Positions 10,601-20,308 of a stretch of 47,075 bases of DNA are shown here, piece by piece (the stretch's first letter is position 1; every line of letters starts with the position of its first letter). Under the pieces are notes generated by a model. That model made no database searches. It worked only from the letters and a program-made list of their open reading frames with translations, and was not told where the DNA came from. A program made the position numbers and the translations under genes. The stretch is taken from the NCBI GenBank assembly GCA_021157665.1, contig JAGGWE010000171.1:1-47075 (forward strand), read 5' to 3'. This DNA is from Sulfurimonas sp. (lineage in GTDB: Bacteria > Campylobacterota > Campylobacteria > Campylobacterales > Sulfurimonadaceae).

Positions 10601-12150
10601 TTTATAGATTTATGTGATAAAACTGCAAGAGCAGCATCATTACCCATAGAGCCTGTAGCCTCATAAGCGTTATTTACCATAGGAATTAAAATAGTTTTTA
10701 AATCCTCTTGAGTATAACCATAGCACTTTTGTCTTTGTAAGATAGTTTTATGATTTGGTTGTTTCACTTCATGATTTAGAGGTAACTCATCTAAATCTAT
10801 TTTTTGTTCATCTATCCACTTTTTATAAGGATGTGCAGCTGAAATTTCAGCTTTTATCTCAGTATCATAAATTATTTTTCCATTTTCTAAATCTGCTAAA
10901 AACATTTTACCAGGTTGTAATCTACCTTTTAAAACTATATCTTCACTAGGAAACTCTAAAGCACCCTGTTCTGAAGCCATTACTAAAATATTATCTTTTG
11001 TTAAACTATATCTTGATGGGCGAAGACCATTCCTATCTAGTGTTGCACCAATAAACTTACCATCAGTAAAAGCAACAGAAGCCGGACCATCCCAAGGCTC
11101 CATAAATGTTGCATGGTACTCATAAAAAGCTTTTCTATCTTCATCCATCTCATCATCACGCCAAGCTTCTGGAATCATCATCATCATAACATGTGGAAGA
11201 GGACGACCAGCTAAAACTAATAGTTCTATAACATTATCTAAAACAGAACTATCACTACCTTTATCTTCATTTATAAGATATGGATAGATTTTATCAAGTT
11301 CATCATCACTAAATAGTTTAGATTTAAGAAGAGATTTTCTAGCCTTCATCCAGTTAATATTACCACGAAGAGTATTTATCTCTCCATTATGTGCTATATA
11401 TCTAAAAGGTTGAGCCAATGCCCAAGATGGGAAAGTATTTGTTGAGAATCTACTATGAACAAGAGCTAAAGCTGATTCAAAATCATCATCACTTAAGTCT
11501 GCAAAAAAAAGTGGAAGTTGTTCAGTTATTAACTGACCCTTATAAGAGATAGTTTTATATGACATCGATGGCATATAAAAATAACCTGTTCCCTGAGTAG
11601 GTGAAGCAGTTACTACTGACTGTACATATTTTCTGATTACAAAAAGCTTTCTCTCAAAAGCATCACTATCTATGTTATCTGCTTTTTTAACAAAAACATG
11701 CTGAACAATTGGCTCAACTGCTTTTACCATCTCACCAAGAGTTTCATTTGAAGTTGGAACTTTTCTCCAACCCAAACACTCTTGTCCTAAATCCTCAATA
11801 CACTGTTCAACTACGCTTTGACACTCAGTATAAGCATTAGGATCACGAGGTAAAAATACAACACCAACAGCATAAGAACCAAATTCAGGTAATTCAATCC
11901 TCTCCTCTTTTGCCACTCTACGCATAAATCTATCTGGCATTTGAGTAAGTATTCCAGCACCATCACCAGAATTTTTCTCAGCCCCCACTGCACCACGATG
12001 TTCAAGATTAGTTAAAAGTTCTAGACCTTTACTTACTATATTGTGTGATTGTTCACCTTTTAAATGTGCGACAAAACCAACACCACAAGCATCATGTTCA
12101 AATTCTGGGTCATAAAGACCCTCTTTAGATGGATAGCATTTTAATTTCAT
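7642..12150 (-). CDS. gltB: Glutamate synthase large subunit
   Basis: EHDACGVG (Ntn cysteine), HSRFSTNTFPSW, QGAKPGEGGQLPG and 3Fe-4S motif CIMMRKCHLNTC. Confidence 0.98.
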   Translation of the reverse strand: MKLKCYPSKEGLYDPEFEHDACGVGFVAHLKGEQSHNIVSKGLELLTNLEHRGAVGAEKNSGDGAGILTQMPDRFMRRVAKEERIELPEFGSYAVGVVFLPRDPNAYTECQSVVEQCIEDLGQECLGWRKVPTSNETLGEMVKAVEPIVQHVFVKKADNIDSDAFERKLFVIRKYVQSVVTASPTQGTGYFYMPSMSYKTISYKGQLITEQLPLFFADLSDDDFESALALVHSRFSTNTFPSWALAQPFRYIAHNGEINTLRGNINWMKARKSLLKSKLFSDDELDKIYPYLINEDKGSDSSVLDNVIELLVLAGRPLPHVMMMMIPEAWRDDEMDEDRKAFYEYHATFMEPWDGPASVAFTDGKFIGATLDRNGLRPSRYSLTKDNILVMASEQGALEFPSEDIVLKGRLQPGKMFLADLENGKIIYDTEIKAEISAAHPYKKWIDEQKIDLDELPLNHEVKQPNHKTILQRQKCYGYTQEDLKTILIPMVNNAYEATGSMGNDAALAVLSHKSINLYNYFHQLFAQVTNPPIDPIREESVMSLTAYIGSQGNLFQEVDEKRNFIKLSSPILTNIQLEKLRGVSKFNFKAKTINILFDTTKSGNMEIELEKIKDEASMAVKDGYQVIILSTRGISKTKAAIPTLLATSAVHHHLIDEGIRTSCGLVVESGEAREIHHFATLIGYGANAINPYLAFETIEDMRKRKMINEDITPEMAEQNYITAIGKGIFKIMSKMGISTIRSYTGAQIFEAVGLGDELVEKYFKGTPSRLAGIDIETIEIETLLCHSIAYPKQIIEANDLGVGGQYAYRQRGENHLFSPETIFLLQQATKKYSFDIFKQYTKIIDEPQEEFVTLRSLLEFTKQKPISIDEVEPIENIMKRFATGAMSYGSISEEAHTTLAIAMNSIGAKSNTGEGGENANRFGTNKNSKIKQVASGRFGVTANYLVNAEELQIKLAQGAKPGEGGQLPGHKVDDIIGAVRHSTPGVGLISPPPHHDIYSIEDLKQLIHDLKNSNPHARINTKLVSEVGVGTIAAGVAKAYSDVVLISGFDGGTGASPQTSIKHAGLPWELGLAETHQTLVKNGLRGRIVVQTDGQLRTGRDIAIATLLGAEEWGIATSALVVEGCIMMRKCHLNTCPVGIATQDKDLRAKYKGKAEHVVNFVKFLATDLREIMAELGFKTIDEMVGRVDKLKAKDGVKHYKAKHLQLDKLLHKMHLRSEDTAYKTMNQDHGIDAALDNELIKLAKEAIDNKTPIRENIKLRNINRTVGTMLSSTMTKKYGEAGLPDDTIYFKADGSCGQSFGAFVNSGITFEVEGDANDYFGKGLCGAKLILYPPKNATYDANRTTILGNVAFYGATSGESYIYGQAGERFCVRNSGAKVVVGSIGDHGCEYMTGGRVVILGEIGKNFGAGMSGGIAYIYDERGTTTQRINKGMVDLDAIDTAQDEVEVKGMIENYIKYTDSKEAREILADWENNKAKFIKIMPRDYKRVLAEQAAKKEEV

Positions 12151-12399
12151 AGTAAAACTTCTTATATTGAATTTGGTAAATTCTACCTAATAATATATAT
12201 AAGTTTGCTTTTATGAACGAGGCTTAATAAAAATAGTAAAATCTTCAAAAAGTTGATCGCATAACTTCTATCATATATTGAACCTCTTTTTTTACTTCTT
12301 ATGGAGTACTCTTTGTAAGCTAAAATAAATTAAAATAATAAGAATAAAAGATATAAAACTGAATTTGCTATAAAGGTGTGTAATGAGTAGTTTGTTTTG

Positions 12400-12433
12400 A
12401 AAAAAGAACAAGTCTTAAAATAGTTAAGACTTG
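12400..12433 (-). terminator. Intrinsic terminator downstream of rpsO
   Basis: Perfect 10-bp stem CAAGTCTTAA (12409-12418) / TTAAGACTTG (12424-12433) with a 5-nt loop, followed on the minus strand by TTCTTTTTT. Confidence 0.75.
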
Positions 12434-12459
12434 CTTGTATTATAAAAAAAGGTTAAAAA

Positions 12460-12735
12460 TTAGATATTATCTCTAATTCCTAAATCTTCTACTAATTTCA
12501 TATAAGCATCTTTTTGTGTTCTTTTGAAATACTTCATTAAACGACGACGCTGACCAACTAATTTTAGTAGTCCTAATCTTGAAGCGTGATCTTTTTTAAA
12601 TACTTTAAGGTGTTCTGTAAGTTCTGCAATTCTTTCTGTTAAAAGTGCAACTTGAACTTCACTTGAACCAGTATCATTTTCATTTCTTCCGTATTTTGTA
12701 ACAATTTCTTGTTTTTTAGCCGAATCTAAAGCCAT
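12460..12735 (-). CDS. rpsO: 30S ribosomal protein S15
   Basis: [16 protein letters not shown] and [19 protein letters not shown]. Start moved to ATG 12735 (MALDSAKK), which follows an AGGAGG RBS. Confidence 0.98.
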   Translation of the reverse strand: MALDSAKKQEIVTKYGRNENDTGSSEVQVALLTERIAELTEHLKVFKKDHASRLGLLKLVGQRRRLMKYFKRTQKDAYMKLVEDLGIRDNI

Positions 12736-12902
12736 AATAGCCTCCTGAGTGGTATAATAATCTAACAAATATGTATCTCTACATAAAGCTGAAATCGAAT
12801 TATAACTAATTTATCTTTAATTACCTTTTAATATACAATATTTTAAATTTCTTTAGCTATAATATACTTTAAATTTAAATCATTATAATAAAAAGTAAAA
12901 AT

Positions 12903-13304
12903 ATGTTAATAACTCGTGCTAGCGAATACGCCATCCTTTCTCTAATTGTTTTATCTGAAGCTTCTGCACCTATGGATAGCGAAACACTATCTAAAGAACT
13001 TTCAATACCTAAAAGTTTTTTAGCAAAAATACTTCAATCTCTTGCAAGAGCAGAAATTTTAAAATCTTTTAAAGGTGTCAATGGTGGTTTTGTTTTAATA
13101 AAAAAACCTAAAGATATAAATATGCTTGATGTAATGTCTGCTGTTGAAGGAAAAGCCCCAACAGTTTTTGAGTGTTCACCTTCACTAGATGATTGTCCAT
13201 CTGATAGAGCTGGACTTTGTAGTATCTGGCCATTTTTAAATAAACTTCAAGGTAAAATAGATTCATTTTTAGCTGATTTAAGCTTAGAAGATATTTTAGA
13301 GTAG
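12903..13304 (+). CDS. Rrf2 family transcriptional regulator
   Basis: ASEYAILSL, FLAKILQSL and SFKGVNGGF, plus three C-terminal cysteines. Confidence 0.9.
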   Translation: MLITRASEYAILSLIVLSEASAPMDSETLSKELSIPKSFLAKILQSLARAEILKSFKGVNGGFVLIKKPKDINMLDVMSAVEGKAPTVFECSPSLDDCPSDRAGLCSIWPFLNKLQGKIDSFLADLSLEDILE

Positions 13305-13308
13305 TAGC

Positions 13309-15477
13309 TTGGCAAAAAAACTAACGATTAAACAGCAAATTGGAACAATCCTAAATTTCTTATTAGGACAAAAAGATTTAAGTGTAGTTTTCTTTGTAAT
13401 GGCTATTCTTGTTATAATTATTGTTCCTCTTCCATCAACTGTACTTGATTTATTATTAACAATATCAATAGCAATAGCTGTTTTAGTTTTACTTATATCA
13501 CTTTATGTACCAAAACCAACAGATTTAACAACATTTCCTACTTTAATTTTAATTATTACACTTTTTCGACTATCTCTAAATGTTGCTACAACAAGAATGA
13601 TTCTAAGTCATGGTCATGAGGGTACTGAAAATGTTAGTAGTATTATTACCAGTTTTGGAGATTTTGTTGTTGGTGGAAATTTTGTAATTGGTATCATTGT
13701 TTTTTCTATTCTTGTTTTAATTAACTTTATGGTTATTACAAAAGGTGCTACGAGAGTTGCAGAGGTTGCAGCAAGATTTACACTAGATTCTATGCCAGGT
13801 AAACAGATGGCAGTTGATGCTGACCTTAATGCTGGGCTTATTGATGATGCCCAAGCTAAAGAGCGTCGTGCAGGAATTCTTCAAGATGCAAACTTTTATG
13901 GAGCAATGGATGGGTCATCTAAATTTGTAAAAGGTGATGCAGTTGCTGGTATTATTATTACACTTATAAATATTATAGGTGGTTTCCTTATAGGTGTTTT
14001 TCAACATAAAATGAGTGTTGGAGATTCTGCTTCAACTTTTACACTGCTAACTATCGGGGATGGACTTGTTGGTCAAATACCTGCACTTATAATATCTACA
14101 GCAACAGGTATTATGATTACTCGTTCTTCTGGTGATGGAGATAACTTTGCAGAGGGTACTATTAACCAGATGATGGGAAATGCAAAGATATTAATAATCG
14201 TTGGTTTAATCATGATTTTATTTGCTATGGTTCCTGGTTTGCCTACTGCGTCAATGGGACTTGTTGGTATCTTATTTACATCACTTGGATGGGCAATGTA
14301 TAAGTATGATAAAGGAGAGCTTTCTATACTTGATGTTGATAACATTTTAACAAAAAAAGAGCAAGAGCTTAAAAACAAAGAACAAGAAGCTAGAAAACCT
14401 AAAAAAACAAATGAAGAGATAGCAAAAGAGGAAGAACATGCACTAGAAGATATACTCAAAGTTGAGATGCTTGAATTAACACTTGGCTATCAACTAATCC
14501 GTTTAGCAGATAGTAATCAAGGTGGGGATTTATTAGAAAGAATCCGTTCAATGAGAAGAAAAATAGCTAGTGATTTTGGTTTCTTAATGCCTCAGGTACG
14601 AATAAGAGATAATTTACACCTACAACCACAACAATATCAAATTTTACTAAAAGGTATCTCTATTGGTGAAGGGGAAATTATACCAGATAAATTTCTCGCG
14701 ATGGACAGTGGTATGGCAACGGGAGAGTTAAAAGGTGAGACAACAAAAGAACCAGCATTTGGACTTGATGCAATGTGGATTTTTGCAAATGAAAAAGAGT
14801 TTGCAATAGAAAATGGATATACAGTTGTTGACCCAGCAACCGTTATATCAACACATATGAGTGAATTAATCAAACGAAATGCTGAAGATTTACTTACAAG
14901 ACAAGAGGTTCAAACTCTTATTGATAAAATTAAAAATGATTTCCCAGTTATTATTGATGATGTCTTAAAAGTTGCTTCTATTGGTCTTATACAAAGAGTT
15001 TTAAAAGCTTTACTACATGAAAAAATACCTCTTAAAGATATGTTGAGTATCTTAGAAACTATTGCTGATGTAGCTGAGTTTACTAAAAATGTGGATGTTA
15101 TCACAGAACAAGTAAGAGCAAAACTCTCTCGTATCATCACGCAAATGTATGCTAGTGAGGATGGAATAGTAAGACTTCTTACATTTGACACAAACTCTGA
15201 GCAAATGATGTTAGAAAAATCACAAGAGAGAGATGGAGTTAGAAACTTAATGCTAAATGTAGGTGAGATAAATGCACTCATACAAGCAACAAGTACAAAA
15301 GCAGCTGAACTTCTTCAAAAAGGTGTATCTCCAGTAGTTGTCATCGTTGACCCTCAACTCCGTCGTGGTGTAGCTGAGATATTTGAGAGATTTTCTCTTG
15401 ATGTTGTAACACTCTCACATGCCGAGATAGATTCAAGTGCAACATTTGAAGTTATGGGTTCAATAACAATAGAATAA
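13309..15477 (+). CDS. flhA: Flagellar export apparatus protein FlhA
   Basis: RVAEVAARFTLDSMPGKQMAVDADL and FYGAMDGSSKFVKGDA. TTG start. Confidence 0.97.
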   Translation: MAKKLTIKQQIGTILNFLLGQKDLSVVFFVMAILVIIIVPLPSTVLDLLLTISIAIAVLVLLISLYVPKPTDLTTFPTLILIITLFRLSLNVATTRMILSHGHEGTENVSSIITSFGDFVVGGNFVIGIIVFSILVLINFMVITKGATRVAEVAARFTLDSMPGKQMAVDADLNAGLIDDAQAKERRAGILQDANFYGAMDGSSKFVKGDAVAGIIITLINIIGGFLIGVFQHKMSVGDSASTFTLLTIGDGLVGQIPALIISTATGIMITRSSGDGDNFAEGTINQMMGNAKILIIVGLIMILFAMVPGLPTASMGLVGILFTSLGWAMYKYDKGELSILDVDNILTKKEQELKNKEQEARKPKKTNEEIAKEEEHALEDILKVEMLELTLGYQLIRLADSNQGGDLLERIRSMRRKIASDFGFLMPQVRIRDNLHLQPQQYQILLKGISIGEGEIIPDKFLAMDSGMATGELKGETTKEPAFGLDAMWIFANEKEFAIENGYTVVDPATVISTHMSELIKRNAEDLLTRQEVQTLIDKIKNDFPVIIDDVLKVASIGLIQRVLKALLHEKIPLKDMLSILETIADVAEFTKNVDVITEQVRAKLSRIITQMYASEDGIVRLLTFDTNSEQMMLEKSQERDGVRNLMLNVGEINALIQATSTKAAELLQKGVSPVVVIVDPQLRRGVAEIFERFSLDVVTLSHAEIDSSATFEVMGSITIE

Positions 15478-15493
15478 AATTTTAAGGACAAAA

Positions 15494-16570
15494 ATGAAAA
15501 AAACAATTCACCACTTATCACACATAGATTTAGATGGCTACAGCTGTCAATTTATTATGCAATACACTCCATATGAGATTACAAATTATAATGCTAATTA
15601 TGGAGCAGAAGTTAAGTCTAAACTAGATTTAATGCTAGAAAATATTAAAAACAATAAAAAAAGTGCTTTAATTTTAATAACTGATTTAAATCTAACTGCA
15701 GATGAATCAAGATGGTTAAATAATGAAGTTCGTAAAATGAATGACAACAAAATGGATGTACAAATCACTTTACTTGATCATCATGGAAGTGGACAAGAGA
15801 GTGCTAAAAAATATGATTGGTATTTTCTTGATGAATCAAGATGTGCAACTAAAATTATGTATGACTATACTAAAGAAAATTTTGAATTTGATGAACCAAA
15901 ATGGATGCAAAAATTTGTAGATGTTGTTAATGCTGTTGATTTATGGAAACTTGATGAAGTCCAAAACTTTGAGTATGGAAAAGTTTGTATGAGACTTGTA
16001 AATGAGACTAGAGAGCTTAACCGTGTTATGTTTGCAACTCAAGATAACCATTATAAATTATCACTTTTAAAAGAGGCTACTAAATATTTAGATGTAGAGG
16101 ATGCACCAATTGTACTTGATGATAAAATTCATACTATGAAAAAAGAGTTTTTTCAAATAGATAAAAACAATACACTTGATAATCTATCTACTAATTATGT
16201 TGTAAAACTATTAGGAGATAAAAGAGATACAAATACTATTTACTACAAAGGCTATCGTGGTTATCTAAGCTATGGAGTAGGTAATACTTCAATAGTTGGT
16301 AATGGCTTTTTAGTAGCATATCCAGAGTATGACTTTATAGTAGACGTAAGTTATCGAGGTGCAATGAGCCTAAGAGCAAATTTTAAAGTAAGTGTTGCTA
16401 AAATCTCAAAAGAGTGGGCAAATGGTGGTGGGCATCCAAATGCTGCTGGTGGTAGAATTATGGGCTTTAAAGAACAATATAGATATGATAAGGTTAAACA
16501 ACAAATCGAAGCTATTATTAATGATAAAGAATCGAGAGCTGGTGATTTAGAGTATAAAAAAGAGGACTAA
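15494..16570 (+). CDS. DHH/DHHA1 family phosphoesterase
   Basis: HIDLDG, ITDL, LLDHH and GGGHPNAAG motifs. Confidence 0.9.
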   Translation: MKKTIHHLSHIDLDGYSCQFIMQYTPYEITNYNANYGAEVKSKLDLMLENIKNNKKSALILITDLNLTADESRWLNNEVRKMNDNKMDVQITLLDHHGSGQESAKKYDWYFLDESRCATKIMYDYTKENFEFDEPKWMQKFVDVVNAVDLWKLDEVQNFEYGKVCMRLVNETRELNRVMFATQDNHYKLSLLKEATKYLDVEDAPIVLDDKIHTMKKEFFQIDKNNTLDNLSTNYVVKLLGDKRDTNTIYYKGYRGYLSYGVGNTSIVGNGFLVAYPEYDFIVDVSYRGAMSLRANFKVSVAKISKEWANGGGHPNAAGGRIMGFKEQYRYDKVKQQIEAIINDKESRAGDLEYKKED

Positions 16571-16596
16571 ACTTGGCATGTGGAGATTAGAATGAT

Positions 16597-17991
16597 TTAT
16601 TTGCAATTAGCAAAATATCTCTCTACTCCATCTGCTAATCCACGAGCTAATTTTTTTTGATACTTAGAACTAACTAATCGTTTAGCTTCTTTTGGATGTG
16701 AGATAAATCCAACTTCAACTAAAACAGAAGGCATTTGAGCACCAACTAATACCCAAAATGGACCTTCTCTAACTCCACCATCATGAATATTTTTATAAGA
16801 TTTTTTAAGTGAACCTAACATCCCTCTTTGTAAATCAATTGCTAATTTATTTGAAGCTACAATATTATGAGAATTTACTGTATTTAAAAAACTTTGTTTT
16901 CCATAAAAATTCATATCACTTAAATCTGCTGAGTTCTCTTTTGCCGCAACTTTTTTAGCTTTACTTGAACGAGACTTAGATAAAAAATAACACTCTATTC
17001 CATTAACTTTTTTAGCATGTTTCTTTGGAACTGCATTCGCATGAATAGATATAAAGATATCTGCATCTTTTTTATTTGCATATTTTGTTCTATTACTAAG
17101 TTTTACAAATTTATCTCTATCTCTCGTCATATAAACCTTATATCCACGAGATTTTAATATATATTTTAACTCTTTAGCAATATCCATAACAACAATTTTT
17201 TCTCTATATCTACGATAACCTACTGCACCAGGATCTTTTCCACCATGACCAGCATCTATAACTATAACTTTATTTCTATCTAGTCTAAATGGAGTGACCC
17301 CTCTTTTTAAACTCTTGGCATGTGGGATTATTTTATTTGAGTCATTAATACTTATGCTTAATTGTTCTAAATCTTTTTTAAATCTTATTTTTAACTTTTT
17401 ATTATTTTCAATAACAAGTCTTAATGTATTTGGTTTAAACTGTGCTAATTTAATTCGTTTAATACCTTTTTTTCTAAGAGCTTTGGATTTTGTAAGCATA
17501 GAAGCATGAATATCAAAAATATATCTATACTGCTGTTTTTTAGAATCATAAAGTGTAAAATAATTAACTTGCTTTGTTGATAAAGGTTTATCAAATTTTA
17601 AAACTAATCTATCACCTTTAAAGTTTATTGATTTTAATTTATGAGAAGATCTGAGTTTTATTTTTTTATTTTTTATTTTTAAAGTTTTATTTTTTGAAGT
17701 TTTAAATTTACTCTTTGGCTTTAGTTCCAATAACTCTTTTGAATACTGATAAGTATCAATACGAAGTTTATCTCCACTTTTAACTATACCCTCTAATGCA
17801 CTAATTTTCAATTTATTATCTTCAGCCATAATAGAGCGAAGATAAAGATTTTTATAGTCATTATATGCACGGAACTGATTACTTTTGTTGCTAGTTTTCA
17901 TAAAACCATCAGCTCGTTTTAAAATAGCACTATCACTTAAAGCATGTATAGATACTACAAGTATAAAAAAAAGTGAAAATAGGCGAAACAT
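16597..17991 (-). CDS. amiA: N-acetylmuramoyl-L-alanine amidase (Amidase_3)
   Basis: Signal peptide; IDAGHGGKDPGA, FISIHAN and SVLVEVGFISH motifs. Confidence 0.92.
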   Translation of the reverse strand: MFRLFSLFFILVVSIHALSDSAILKRADGFMKTSNKSNQFRAYNDYKNLYLRSIMAEDNKLKISALEGIVKSGDKLRIDTYQYSKELLELKPKSKFKTSKNKTLKIKNKKIKLRSSHKLKSINFKGDRLVLKFDKPLSTKQVNYFTLYDSKKQQYRYIFDIHASMLTKSKALRKKGIKRIKLAQFKPNTLRLVIENNKKLKIRFKKDLEQLSISINDSNKIIPHAKSLKRGVTPFRLDRNKVIVIDAGHGGKDPGAVGYRRYREKIVVMDIAKELKYILKSRGYKVYMTRDRDKFVKLSNRTKYANKKDADIFISIHANAVPKKHAKKVNGIECYFLSKSRSSKAKKVAAKENSADLSDMNFYGKQSFLNTVNSHNIVASNKLAIDLQRGMLGSLKKSYKNIHDGGVREGPFWVLVGAQMPSVLVEVGFISHPKEAKRLVSSKYQKKLARGLADGVERYFANCK

Positions 17992-17998
17992 TAACTAA

Positions 17999-19090
17999 CT
18001 ATTCACCTTCAATTAGTTTAGTCATTAACTCTTTTACAGAGATAATTTTATCTAATTTATATCCATTTGTCCCAGAGAAAAATAAACCTGTTTCAAGATT
18101 ACCTTCATAAGCATCACTAAGTCTATCTGCTATACAAAAACCAACCTCTTTTGCTTCAACACCACGATTACATGGAGACACACAGTTTGAGATACATTTA
18201 ATAGCTGGACCCTCTCTTTTTTCAACCAGATGAGTAAGGTTAGTAACTACACCTTGTGCTGGATAACCAACTGGTGAACCCATTAATTTTATATCATCTT
18301 TTTTAGCATTAATAAGAACTTGTTTAAAATTATCATGTGCATCACACTCATGTGTACCAATAAAACGAGTACCCATTTGAACAGCAGATGCTCCAAGAGA
18401 TAACATCAATTCTATATCATTTTTATCCCAAACACCACCAGCAGCAATTACTGGAATATTCCCCCACTTAGCAGCTTCTTCAACTACAGGAGCAACAATA
18501 TTCTCTAACTGATTTTCAGGTAACTTACACTGCTCATAGGTAAAACCTTGGTGTCCACCACTTTTTGGACCCTCCACAACTACAGCATCAGGAAGTCTGT
18601 CATATCTTTTTTGCCATCTTTTACAAATAATTTTAAGTGCTTTTGGAGATGATACAATAGGAACAAGTGCAACATCTGGATAGCCTTCTGTAAACTCAGG
18701 CATATTTGTTGGAAGTCCAGCACCGGTTATAATTATATCTATACCTAATTCACAAGCATTTCTAACAACATCACTATAGCCATTTATGGCATAAAGAATA
18801 TTAGCTGCTAATGGTTTATTTCCAGAAATTTTTCTTGCATTTTTAATAATCGCTTCTAATCCATCTCTTGAATAAAAATTTTCTTCTGTTAATGGTCTTC
18901 CTGAAACTAATTTTCCTGCAAACTCTTTATTTTGGTAATATCCAGTACCAACAGTACTAACAACACCTAAACCACCCTCTTTGGAAACATTTCCAGCAAG
19001 ACCATCCCAGCTAATACCAACACCCATACCACCTTGAACAATAGGCTTCTCAATAGTATATTTACCTATTTTAAAAGACTTAAAACTCAT
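17999..19090 (-). CDS. fabX: Nitronate monooxygenase-family flavoprotein, probable FabX dehydrogenase/isomerase
   Basis: PIVQGGMGVG, EGPKSGGHQG and Fe-S motif CISNCVSPC...FCI. Position between amiA and tyrS matches Helicobacter fabX. Confidence 0.72.
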   Translation of the reverse strand: MSFKSFKIGKYTIEKPIVQGGMGVGISWDGLAGNVSKEGGLGVVSTVGTGYYQNKEFAGKLVSGRPLTEENFYSRDGLEAIIKNARKISGNKPLAANILYAINGYSDVVRNACELGIDIIITGAGLPTNMPEFTEGYPDVALVPIVSSPKALKIICKRWQKRYDRLPDAVVVEGPKSGGHQGFTYEQCKLPENQLENIVAPVVEEAAKWGNIPVIAAGGVWDKNDIELMLSLGASAVQMGTRFIGTHECDAHDNFKQVLINAKKDDIKLMGSPVGYPAQGVVTNLTHLVEKREGPAIKCISNCVSPCNRGVEAKEVGFCIADRLSDAYEGNLETGLFFSGTNGYKLDKIISVKELMTKLIEGE

Positions 19091-20290
19091 CTAATTAACC
19101 TTTAGTTTTGCAAATTTTCTTTTTCCAACTTGTAGTATATAATCACCACTTATAAGTTGAAGTTTTTCATCAAATATTTTCATCTGGTCTATTTTAACAG
19201 CACCTTGCTTAATATCTCTCCTAGCTTGTGAAGTTGATGGCTCAATGTTACAATCTACCAAAGCTTTTGCTATCCAAATCTCTCCATCACAAGAAAATTC
19301 AGCTATATCTGTTGGTATTTTATTTTTTGAATGAAGAGAGTCAAATGCTTCTTTTGCTGCGAAAGCAAGCTCATCTGAATGAAATCTAGCAGTTATCTCT
19401 AAAGCCAATCCCTCTTTAACCTTTTTAGGGTGAAGCGAGCCATCAAGAACTCCATTTTTTATAGTTGCTATCTCATCTAGAGGTTTTGAACTTAATAGTA
19501 GATAATATCTCCACATAAGGTCATCACTTATGCTTAACATTTTTCCAAACATATCATTTGGCTCATCTGAAACACCTACATAGTTTCCTAAAGATTTACT
19601 CATCTTTTGTACACCATCAAGACCCTCTAAAATAGGCATCATTAAAACAGCTTGTTGTTTTTTTATATCATAAGCTTTTTGAAGTTGTCTTCCCATTAAA
19701 AGATTAAACTTTTGATCAGTTCCACCTATCTCAACATCACTTTTTAAATGTACACTATCAAAACCTTGAAGAAGTGGATACATAAATTCACTTACAGCTA
19801 TTGGAGTTTGTGAAGCATATCTTTTAGAAAAATCATCTCTTTCTAACATTCTTGCAACTGTAAGATTTGATGCTAATTCAAGCATACCAATAGAACCAAG
19901 AGGAGTTAGCCAATCATTATTATAAACTATTTCTGTTTTATTTTTATCTAAAATTTTAAAAGCTTGTGTAGTATAAGAGGCTATATTGTTTTTAATATCC
20001 TCTTGTGATAAAACTTTTCTAGTTACATTTTTACCAGTTGGATCACCAATAGTTGCAGTAAAATCACCTATTAAAAATTGAACAATTCCACCATATTTTT
20101 GAAAAGTTGCAAGTTTATGCAATAATACAGTATGACCAAGATGTAAATCAGGAGCAGTTGGATCAAATCCAGCTTTTACAGTATAAGTTTTACCTTCGTC
20201 AAAATATGCTTTTAAAAGTTTTTTTATTCTTTCATCATCAATTATTTCAGCACTACCTCTATGTATCTCTTTTAAAGCTTCTTCTAACAT
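19091..20290 (-). CDS. tyrS: Tyrosyl-tRNA synthetase
   Basis: GFDPTAPDLHLGH, KMSKS and C-terminal S4 domain. Confidence 0.98.
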   Translation of the reverse strand: MLEEALKEIHRGSAEIIDDERIKKLLKAYFDEGKTYTVKAGFDPTAPDLHLGHTVLLHKLATFQKYGGIVQFLIGDFTATIGDPTGKNVTRKVLSQEDIKNNIASYTTQAFKILDKNKTEIVYNNDWLTPLGSIGMLELASNLTVARMLERDDFSKRYASQTPIAVSEFMYPLLQGFDSVHLKSDVEIGGTDQKFNLLMGRQLQKAYDIKKQQAVLMMPILEGLDGVQKMSKSLGNYVGVSDEPNDMFGKMLSISDDLMWRYYLLLSSKPLDEIATIKNGVLDGSLHPKKVKEGLALEITARFHSDELAFAAKEAFDSLHSKNKIPTDIAEFSCDGEIWIAKALVDCNIEPSTSQARRDIKQGAVKIDQMKIFDEKLQLISGDYILQVGKRKFAKLKVN

Positions 20291-20308
20291 CTTTCTCTTC
20301 TTTTTATT

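Noticed and set aside
12736-12768. N-terminal extension of S15 in the ORF track
   Set aside because: An AGGAGG RBS sits just upstream of ATG 12735, which gives a normal-length S15.
13309-15477. Isolated flhA as evidence of a non-flagellar type III secretion system
   Set aside because: rpsO-Rrf2-flhA-DHH is the ordinary arrangement in Campylobacterota, and no injectisome genes are present.
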